Positions 39,806 to 49,737 of a DNA stretch of 64,000 nucleotides are shown piece by piece. Source of the stretch: Tubiluchus corallicola (taxonomy: Eukaryota > Animalia > Priapulida); the NCBI GenBank assembly GCA_030141605.1, contig JAQGDQ010000171.1:248001-312000 (forward strand), written 5' to 3'. Below the pieces are notes generated by a model that saw only the letters and a list, made by a program, of their open reading frames with translations, was not told the origin of the DNA and did not search any database. Within the stretch, counting starts at the first letter, position 1; each line of letters begins with the position of its first letter. Made by a program: the position numbers and the translations under genes.

Positions 39806-40170
39806 CACAACTTTTGTGAAACTTTTAATTTGCTTAGTTAAAAATTATGTAAAACGTTTCGACAGAGCTACTGCTGTCATCATCAGTGGAAAATTTTTAC
39901 AAACATACAACCAGTTTATATAGGCAGAGCTTACAGTATAGAACATTATGTACAAATTATGTATTTAACAGAAGCCAAATAGGTAATGAATAAGCAGACC
40001 AGAAGACCAGTCTTCTGTTAAATACATAATTAGTTCTATACTGTAAGCTCTACCTATATAAACTGGTTGTATGTTTCTAAAAGTTCACCACTGATGATGA
40101 CAGTAGTAGCTCTGCGAAATGTTTGACATGATTTTAAACTGTGTAAATTAAAAGTTTTAATAAAGTTGTG
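39806..40170. mobile_element. Long inverted repeat (~160-bp arms) carrying hammerhead-ribozyme cores; Penelope-like retroelement terminal remnant
   Basis: Arms 39806-39974 and 40012-40170 with a 37-nt spacer. Each arm contains CTGATGA-T-GACAG-loop-CTG(T)C-GAAA. The right arm ends with AATAAA. Confidence 0.65.
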
Positions 40171-40981
40171 ATTTTTAACCATAAGTGCTTTTAAGAGTCT
40201 GAAATAAAAAAATCAATAACAATACAGTTTTTGTTTACAAACAGAAACATATAAACAAAGTTATCGTTTCGCCTGTTTTAAAATCTTATAACTTGACCAG
40301 TTGCAGAAGAGTTATAAGCTAGTAATTCAATCTCCATATATTAACATCAGCGAAAAAAGATTATTGTGGTGCAGACAGTTAAACCCACTTACAAGGTTAA
40401 TTACATCTACCAATAAGTAACAACTGATCCATTTTTAAGACCAGTAACTCTTTACGCCTCTACTTTTTCTAGATTTGAGCACTTTATAAATTTATGCCTT
40501 TTATTATGATTATTATAAGCCTATTAATCATTTATTAACTACATTTAATTATTTTTACTAAGAACCACAAAAGCTTTGTCCTATAAAACTACTATACACT
40601 TTTACAAAAAGGGCCCGGTGTTTATTAACCTTTAGGTTCACCTTTCAAAAGATGATTTAAAAATAGCACAATTAAGTCACACAACTAATACACAAATTAC
40701 ACTACATACTACATACACTGGAATATTATAAAAGTAGGCTCTTTCTATAACGCCAAGACAGACCTATCAATGAAGGAAATAAACGTCTAAACATTTTATT
40801 TAATTAAAATGTTATTTTTCTTGGGTCAGTAGCAAAGTTAAGCCCATTTTACATAGAGGACGCGAAATTTGTGAAATGAGCCTAAACGATACATAAACCC
40901 GAGCCAGCGCGTACAAAAATATACTTTGTGATTCATGACGAATAGGAATAGCTTCAAATGTTGTAGTAAAATTATGATCCA

Positions 40982-43009
40982 TTACCCAACTCGAAACTGA
41001 ACATTGATGCATGTAAAAGGTTCTTCGTTTTCATTTTGCTCGGTCAGAAATGCCTCCAATCTTGCCCTGTAGTGTCCGTGAGCAAGCTGAAAAGAAAGTG
41101 TGGTAATATCAGTGGCGTAGCTAATATGAGAGCAAGAGAAGCAACCTCTCCCTCTAAGCACATTTTTCAAAATTGACGCCTTTTCAACAAGCTGCCTTAT
41201 TACTCCTGTGTTTTCGAAATAAGCGGGCATTTTCACAACTTATTTGTCAAGTTTGACTGATTGAACCGAGGATTAAATTACCACAAATCTAATAATATTT
41301 AATAATCTAATAATAAATTTAATAATCCAATTATTATACATGTAGTATATTCTTGTCACACGCTGGATACTGTCTGTTGCCGCATAAACAAAGGTATAAT
41401 TTCTTCGTGTGTCACGGCGTCTTTTTATGTGCTTGCTCCCCCTTAACTTTAGAACCTAGCTACGCCCCTGGGCAGTATAGTTTGTTTTCAAACGTGTGCA
41501 ATGACAAACCTATGCCAAGTGTGTACCATGATGTGCGACATAGTTGCTGTCTTGTACTCGCGACATAGCTATGTCACAGAAGCGGGTTAGAAAACATTTT
41601 GTAACGACACCTTGGGATTTTGTAAATGAAATGCCTATAAACCGTCGAAAAATAATGTCATAATGTCAACTTATCATATATTTTTGTATTGTTATATCTA
41701 CAATCTGATTTTTAATGCAAATGGTAGAAACACAACTCAACAAGCACTAAAAGAACTTGTTTGTATGACAGTTGTTAACGTCATTTTCTAACCGCTTCGT
41801 ATAGGTGGGAGCACCTGCTTGTACCAGGATTATATTACCTGCTACTGTTTTAAATTAGGTTTGTACCTTAACTGGCTGTATAGGCAGTAGATGGAAACTT
41901 CAGTCACGCGAATATTAAAGTAATTATTTAAGTTAAATCAGCTAAAAAAATCGACTGAAGTTTGACGTTTCTCTGGATTCCTATGCCTGTTAAATTTTTA
42001 GCAGCACTATGCAAGCAATTTGTTTTTTTCTACATTTTGATTTGTAATAAATGATAATTAATAATGCCAGCTTCTAAACCGAATCATAATTGTTGAAAGC
42101 TAACTACTAAAATTTTGTGAAACGGGAATGAAACAGACATAAAAACTTCTTTGGACCCTACGATGAAGTTATTTCTTCGTGTTCCCAACACAACCCGTTT
42201 ATAAAGAACCGTAGCAAAAGAAGCAGTCGCCATGCAGGCGATATGCACTCTTATTTACTAATATTTGAAGACTTGTAGTTGTTAAGTCAATCTCTCTGTT
42301 ATGAAACGTGCTTACCCCTGAAATATAACGGAAAAAAGACGGAAACAGATCTTCAGTAATTGCCAAGTCGAAGCTACTGTCATGCAGTCCTCGTGTAACC
42401 GGGCAGTCAACGCGCCATATTGCAACCCTCTCACACACGTCTTCATACGTGCTGTAACAACGCAAAAAAACTGAAACGCGTTTGTATTTGAACACACTAA
42501 GTTTAAAATTTTACACAGTCTTCCCCTACACTGATTTTGTTTGACGAATTGCTGTATGTGCCGTCAAAAAACGTCAACTTATTTTTGATACAGCACTGTA
42601 TGGCAAAGGAACTACATGGTGCACGTAGTACTTCTTGAGCACCCCATAGGCCATTTGCAGCTTCGCACTTTAGGTACATAATCAACATATTAGTACTAAT
42701 TTATAGAGTCTTTCGAAGTGCTGTGCAGTTATGGTTGTTTGTGATGTAGTTAATAAGAGAGTAAATGAATGAACCATATATGATCCTGTATTAAACATCA
42801 GATAAAAACAGTGCAACGTAATTTTAATTGAAATTAACATGTAAACATAACTATTTAAACTATTATATCTTGAAGAGAGAAGGCGATGACGAAAACGAAG
42901 ATGACGATGACAATTATGATAATGATGATAAAGGTGATGATAAACGACAATGATAATTATGCTGACAGATAGCTGTGGAGGTAATGATTGTGATGATGAC
43001 GACGACGAC

Positions 43010-43040
<31 letters not shown>

Positions 43041-44226
43041 GTGATGGTGATGACGATGGCGATGACGATGGCGATGACAATGACAATGACAATGACGATG
43101 ACGATGGTGATGACGATGACGATGACGATGATGATGAGGATGAAGTTTCAGCAAGCACAGAAGAAAAAATGTAGTAAAAGGATTACCATGACCCAAGACC
43201 GCCAAAACATGGCACCCGAAACCACCACCAACCAAGTTTTCGTTCCAAGTAAGTTGTCAGCTGAATAGGTGACGTCAGGTCCTGGAAGACATGACCTTCG
43301 TAGGTAATTCGCATGGTACCAGGCAGCTGAACCGGGATCGGTGTAACCCCAATGCTGTTGTACCAAACCAAGTCTGTCCGTGCATCTAGATAAAAAGCAT
43401 TTATTTTCATTAATGGAGAACAGAACGGCTTCAAATAAAGACATTCGTTTCAAAAGTTGTTATCGAGTAGTAGTGTTGTGGCTTGCTTAGAAATTTTTCG
43501 TTTCATTGGAAATTCTTGTTAATTTTTGATACTCTATTTTCTTTTTCACGAATATGGCCATCGCTGTTACATTAATAAAACAAAAATCGTCTATGCGACA
43601 AAAAGACATTACAAGCTTGTAATTCTATGCTGAAATACAATTATTGTTGTTCGCTAAACAAGAATTAAGTAACTGTGTAGTTAAATTTTTGTGTCAATGT
43701 TGCGAGGAGGCCTCACAAAAATGGAACATGCTGTACTTCTACCAAGCGACAAATTCCGTCGTGAGGAGGACGCACAGCTTCTAGCTCGCGGTAGAATTCC
43801 TCCCAGGAATTACACGAGGAAAATTCTTCAGGAGGCGTCTGTGTGAAATGCGCCATAAAAACCTACGTGTTCCATTTTGTACCACATCTTTTTCCTCCGG
43901 GAATTTTGCCGTGCGCCCTCACTGTGAAGGGGCCTAACGTTCGATTACTCATAGTTTTTCCTCTACTGGTTAAATAGATGGTAGTACGACACATGAAACC
44001 CGGAAGCAGCTTTCATAGACGTCATCCACCCATTCAGTGTCCAGACTCGGCGTTGCTTTAGTTCGATCGATTGCTAAACACATCAACTATTCCTCTGGCC
44101 TCTGCCAGAAGAGAAGGTTTATACGACGAATTTATTTCGATTAGCCGCAGTCCCTAATTGCCTAACGTAAATTAGACGCCATTAAAGATACTTTTATGAC
44201 ACAGTTTGCAATAGTAATGATAATGA

Positions 44227-44260
<34 letters not shown>

Positions 44261-44759
44261 GGTGGTGGTGGTGGTGGTGGTGGTGGTGATGATGATGATG
44301 GTGATAATAGTAATAATTTTAAAAAACGCTTATATAAACCGTGCCTCTTTTTGCAGGCTCAGATTACCGACTTAGCGTATTCGTACTACGAATCTTTCAA
44401 ACATTTGCAGTTTCACAGTGTACAAATTTCATATGTACACTAGATTTAATGCAAGACATCAACAATGGAAAAAATTCTTAACGACTTTGTCAAAACAGTT
44501 TAATGATTACATAGTTAAAGGTAGTATGTCCGTTCTTAAATCAGAAAGGAAAATCTGCAAGATGTTAAATAATTTTAGTATAATGATAATGACACTAGTG
44601 AACTATGAAAAACATCGTGTCACAAATATTCATTGTGCACGGAAACCTAGTGTTATATTTACCATTGCAAGGCTCCCAATAAAAATCTGGTTCATCAGCT
44701 CGTATCGTTGACATTTGAAGTACTACACAAATGACTGACACAACACAAAGAATCTTCAT
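40982..44759 (-). CDS. GM2 ganglioside activator-like secreted ML-domain lipid-binding protein (~178 aa, 4 coding exons)
   Basis: Exons 44663-44759, 43187-43385, 42316-42451, 40982-41086 (537 nt, GT-AG, phases 1/2/0). Protein: MKILCVVSVICVVLQMSTIRA (signal), DEPDFYWEPCND...IGVTPIPVQLPGTMRITYEG...LTSPIQLTTYLERKLGWWWFRVPCFGGLGSCTYEDVC...DCPVTRG...LAHGHYRARLE...FTCINVQFRVG. This is colinear with the GM2AP motifs FSWDNC, PDPIIVPG, LEKEVAGLWIKIPC..IGSCTFEHFC, CPFKEG, GNYRIE and GCIKI. Confidence 0.88.
41579..41799. mobile_element. Small MITE-like element in a GM2A-like intron
   Basis: GAAGCGG(G)TTAGAAAA ... TTTTCTAACCGCTTC inverted ends. Confidence 0.45.
42990..43143. repeat. (GAT/GAC)n microsatellite in a GM2A-like intron
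   Basis: Directly visible. Similar tracts occur at ~32714-32795 and ~44215-44310. Confidence 0.95.
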
Positions 44760-45163
44760 CTTGAGAAGTTTTTTCTTTCAAAATTCCTTGCTTTACAAGT
44801 TTACAAGTGGAAACTTCTGTGCCTTTTTGTTCTCTGCCCGATAGCTGTGCATCTACTGGGATGAAGACGTGTTGACATCGTACGATGTATCACATAGCAC
44901 TGTAGCGTCCCCAGAGACAAAATAACAGCTAATTGACCCCTGACTAACACTGAGATCAGAGTGTTTTGTTTACTTATATCAAGTTACAAACCAAAAGCTA
45001 AGATGAACACTAGGAAAGCTGCTTGTCATTGAGTCACCTTTAAAACACATGGCTCTATTATTTTTTTATAAATAGAACTTAAATTTGTTAGAGCATTTGC
45101 ATGCACTTGGTTGCAAGATTGTTATTTTGCTAAACAAAGTCATAATATTCGTGAGAAACTTAC

Positions 45164-45317
45164 AGTGCTTTGTGAACAAGCAAGCTGTTTGAGAGCTGGT
45201 AAAGAAGGGAGATCAGGTGTAAGCAGAAGCAGCGTGGTGTGACTTGGTGGCGTGATGTTTGTAGATGCGAAGAAATGGCGCGCGGCTTCTTTGCGAATCA
45301 CGCACACCTTGTTTATA
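45164..45317 (-). promoter_or_regulatory. Putative TATA promoter and non-coding first exon of the GM2A-like gene
   Basis: Minus-strand TATAAA at 45317-45312, CpG-containing GCGCGCCATTT Inr/YY1-like element ~45283-45273, and a strong donor |GTAAGT after 45164. Assignment to the GM2A-like gene is inferred from position. Confidence 0.4.
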
Positions 45318-45321
45318 ATAT

Positions 45322-45968
45322 ATTATGTTATGTTATGTTATGTTATGTTATGTTATGTTATGTTATGTTATGTTATGTTATGTTATGTTATCTTATCTTA
45401 TCTTATCTTATCTTATCTTATCTTATCTTATCTTATCTTATCTTATCTTATCTTATCTTATCTTATCTTATCTTATCTTATCTTATCTTATCTTATCTTA
45501 TCTTATCTTATCTTATCTTATCTTATCTTATCTTATCTTATCTTATCTTATCTTATCTTATCTTATCTTATCTTATCTTATCTTATCTTATCTTATCTTA
45601 TCTTATCTTATCTTATCTTATCTTATCTTATCTTATCTTATCTTATCTTATCTTATCTTATCTTATCTTATGTTATGTTATGTTATGTTATGTTATGTTA
45701 TGTTATGTTATGTTATGTTATGTTATGTTATGTTATGTTATGTTATGTTATGTTATGTTATGTTATGTTATGTTATATTTTATATTTATATTATGTTATG
45801 TTATGTTATATTATGTTATGTTATATTATATTATTATATTATATTATATTATATTATATTATATTATATTATATTATATTATATTATATTATATTATATT
45901 ATATTATATTATATTATATTATATTATATTATATTATATTATATTATATTATATTATATTATATTATA
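45322..45968. repeat. Compound pentanucleotide array (TTATG)n(TTATC)n(TTATG)n(TTATA)n
   Basis: Directly visible; the pure TTATC block spans ~45391-45670. Confidence 0.98.
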
Positions 45969-46857
45969 ACTTCATTATATTTATTCGTTCGCTTGATTGT
46001 TTAATTGAAATCTAATTCAGAATAAAATTAACCTATAGTTTTTAACATACCCGTGGGAGATAAGAATGATGTTTACTGAACATGCTGTCTAAGAACCCAG
46101 GACACTGGGACAGACAAAAGTTAGTACTTACTGTCTGCTACAAATAAAATTAAAAATTTGTTCACATAGTCATTGAGGCAGGTAAGGCAGGTTGTATTTA
46201 TAAACGCATGACAGCAGGGTTAAATTATTGTTCTTAGAGTCAAATTGGGAAGCTTAGCCACCTTAGAAATCATACACTTTTTCATTATTTTCTGACTGAC
46301 CTATTCTATGCTTGGGTGGGATGATATCGGTCTCACAAAAATTCATTTTTTTGGAATCTGCGCAGCCTGATGGTAAAATTTACTACGCGGGGTGACTGTC
46401 CAAATTCTTTTCGATTTCTTTCCTTACCAACAAGGCCGTTGGCATGTAACACTGTAAAAATTTCTTACTACATTTTACATTTCGATTACTATCAAAATCA
46501 AATCAATAATAGATAAGTCTACTTAATTGCGTTATTATAATTATATAAGTTCATACACTACATAACTGTGTAATAAAACAACGCTTACGTAACACAATGT
46601 GTGTTAATTTAAAAAGAAATCATAAATGATATTATACTCATTGATTAAAGATATTGTTATGGCTCTTATCCGTTACATATTTAATTAATTTCAGTGCTTT
46701 CCGGATATATTTTATACATAAGACTCGAGGCTCCAACGAAAGAGCCTCCGCATCCGCATCTCTGCGATCCGCATGTCAAACAAAAGATCTCCATCTAATG
46801 TCGTTTCACGGATGGTTTATTTTCTGAATCGGGGCCACAGGAAGGAACGTGTGGCGA

Positions 46858-46923
46858 AAACCTCCAAAGTAGCCCTTTTAAACCTCCAAAATAGCCCTTT
46901 TAAACCTCCAAAATAGCCCTTTT
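46858..46923. repeat. 22-bp tandem repeat x3
   Basis: AAACCTCCAAA(A/G)TAGCCCTTTT three times. Confidence 0.85.
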
Positions 46924-47300
46924 GTCGGCTTTTTCGCAAAACTTAATTAATGATATTAGTATTATAATTTACGCCATATTATTCATGGTCATAATTGCAA
47001 CATAATTATTAATATCGGGATAAACGAGTATTTCAAAGTTTTAGAAGCAAGCTTGGCCTGATTTACCTAGGTCCATTTCTTTTCTGGCATATTTAGTTCC
47101 ATAGATCGTAATCGATGGCTTTACGGTCCATTGATTACGGATCATGAAAACTGTGTTTGTAAAAACTGGATCGTAATTTGACCGTAATCCTGCTATAATT
47201 TCGCAGCCGACGGTTAAAACAGGAATCTGGAAAGAACTTGGAAGCATAGTTATCACGTCACTGGGTGTAATTTTCGCTCTTTTCGTTTTGTGTAGAGATA

Positions 47301-47668
47301 GGGTACAGTCTGCAGTCTTAAGTTTAGACTGGGCAAAGTTGGAAAGGGTACAGTCTGTAGTCTTAAGTTTAGACTGGGTACAGACGGAAAAGGTACAGTC
47401 TGCAGTCTTAACTTTAGACTGGGTACAGACGGAAAAGGTACAGTCTGCAGTCTTCAGATGGAATAGGTACATCTGCAGTCGTAAATTTGGACTGGGCACA
47501 GATGGAAAGTGTACAGTCTGTAGTCTTAAGTTTAGACTGGGTACAGACGGAAAAGGTACAGTCTGCAGTCTTAAGTTTAATCTGGATACAGATGGAAAGT
47601 GTACAGTCTACAGTCCTAAGTTTAGACAGGGTACCAATGGAAAAGGTACAGTTTGAAGTCTTAAGTTT
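47301..47668. repeat. 45-bp minisatellite (~8 units) overlapping the DEG/ENaC stop codon
   Basis: Unit GGTACAGTCTGCAGTCTTAAGTTTAGACTGGGTACAGACGGAAAA, seen as 15-aa repeats in the spurious ORFs. Confidence 0.9.
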
Positions 47669-49737
47669 CCTGTAACGGTGGTGAACGCAAGAACTCCATT
47701 TCTGAGGCGCCATATTTGTCATTATTTTTCTCTCCTTGATTCATCACTTTCTTGTTTCTGGCCCGCCGTAATCCCTGCAGCAAAAGCATAACTACATCTG
47801 CGAGAAATTCAATAATCTCGTAAATTGCCAAAACAGACATGCCAATATACAGTCCCAGCAGGCCACCAATGTCACCTGCCAGATCTGCTTCCTTGTAGGT
47901 GATTTCCTCATGGACTTCCTCTACCATTGATGTCTCAAACATGACATGGAGCCAAGCCAGTTCGTTTACGCCATCCACAAGTGACTTTAGAGAATAGTTG
48001 TTTTGTTTTTCATCCGTCCATGCACTGTAGCGCATCAAGTACCCGGTTATATTTGTGGTATTGTGGTACTCTCTGACAAAATTTTTCCATTTCCTTGTTC
48101 GATTATGGTCTATCGTGTGACTGGACTCCCACGAAGTATGATACCTAAAAGCATTTTACAGAATAGATTTATAAGTTAATTTGTGAGTTAATTTGTGAGG
48201 TTCAATTTAACGGGATTTGCAAAAATTGCTAATGTCGACGTTAAATTAATATCAATGGTTTTTTTTCATGTAAGTACATGTATCATGCAATGTAGCAGTA
48301 TCAATTTTTGCAGTCAATTAAATTTAAAGCCTGTATTTTCAAGTAGTTCAGAGCCTGATTATACATTCTATATATAGAAGAAGTCTGACTACCTTATTTA
48401 GCTCGCAATTTTATGTTATAATACAGAATATGAAGGAAGTACATAAAATAAATAGATAGCTGAACGAAGAAATAAATAAACACCTAAAATAACAGATAAG
48501 CAAATAAACAAACAAGCAATTCCAATGCGGAATAACTTCGCGTTATGGTGCGTCTTGAATGACCAAACGTGAATGCAACTAAACCTTTACCTAGTTTGAT
48601 TACATGGTGCAGGACAGTTACACTCATCTTCTTCAATTTCAATCATCATAAAACAATCATCATGATCCGATCCAAGTAGAGTTTCACACATTGGAGGTTG
48701 ATCATCGATTGTCCAACCAGCCTCTTGTAACAGTTTGTCTGTCAGTGGGATGCTGTTGCTGCTGCAGTTACATTTCTGAATCAACTTTTTTTGTTCGCAA
48801 GTCTCCCTGCAAGTCTCAGTCCCGTATTTGGTGCCAAACGTTTCCTTAAACACATCTCTAAGTTGGCCTTTGTTCGCTTCTTCTTCTTCTATACAATGAT
48901 TTTTCGCACGCACTTTGTACACGTCTGTTCGCTGTATTTTTGCAGTGTTCAAGGTTCCAGCACGCACGAAGAATGGCTTGACACCAACATAACTGTAGCC
49001 AGGTGGAGTAATGATGACATTGAATCCTGGCTGAGGAGTATTTAATGGCATGTATTCTTCCAGGCTTGCATTCAATAAAAAAGTAAAACCGATCTTTGCC
49101 ATGGAGCGGTTCACTCTCATTCCCGCCCGTCGTGCCCCATCTGGAGTCCTTCTCGAAGGATTGAAGGTAAAACAGTTACCCTTATCTAGCTGTATGTTAG
49201 TCGTCTCAAAATGTTCAGCTAATTCACAACCTCTTAATTCTGATTTCTGTTGAGGCAACTTACACAACAATATAGTATCTTCTAACTGGTGACCGATCCT
49301 TAATCGCTGAGTTTGGTTCAATTTAGCTGCAAATTCTGAATTGAAGGCTTCATAGTTAACTAATCCCAAGCGGTAAAATCGTCAGATACATTATAAAATT
49401 CCGGCATAAATTTTTTGTACTCGCTAAAGCGCATAGAATTTTTGTTGCAAATGGTCACAGATGGTGCAGCAATTGTTTGGCTACTTAGTCGAAATCTAGC
49501 AGCAGTCTTTACAGGACGTGAGAGATACTTTTTTAACTGTATTCCACTCTGAACGCAGAACAATGATGTAGCCGCTCCTATGAGAGCAATCCAAATGCAT
49601 TTTCTCACCAAACTTTTTGAACGTTTTATATTACCTATGCCATGAGTAGCTGTATTGTCTGCTAGTGTAGCTGCTAATGTCTTGATGGACGATTCTTCTC
49701 CACTTTCAATCTCAGCATTTTCGTAATTTTCTTCCAT
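47661..49737 (-). pseudogene. DEG/ENaC (amiloride-sensitive sodium channel family) gene with one frameshift; pseudogene, null allele or assembly indel
   Basis: Exon 48591-49737 plus exon 47661-48144 (GT-AG, phase 2). Motifs: pre-TM1 NTATHG, TM1 KCIWIALI, PSVTICNKN, GHQLEDTILLC, GNCFTFN, Cys-rich thumb ending CNCPAPC, and TM2 LAGDIGGLLGLYIGMSVLAIYEIIE. The frame breaks between ORF 49360-49737 and ORF 48587-49369; adding one base restores a 543-aa protein. Confidence 0.8.

Noticed and set aside
47288-47722. Regularly spaced repeats resembling a CRISPR array or a repeat protein
   Set aside because: Units are head-to-tail 45-mers with no unique spacers, there are no cas genes, and the context is eukaryotic; it is a minisatellite.
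49360-49389. A 30-nt GT...AG micro-intron or programmed -1 frameshift rescuing the DEG/ENaC frame
   Set aside because: 30 nt is a multiple of 3 and does not restore the frame, and no X XXY YYZ slippery heptamer lies in the permitted window.
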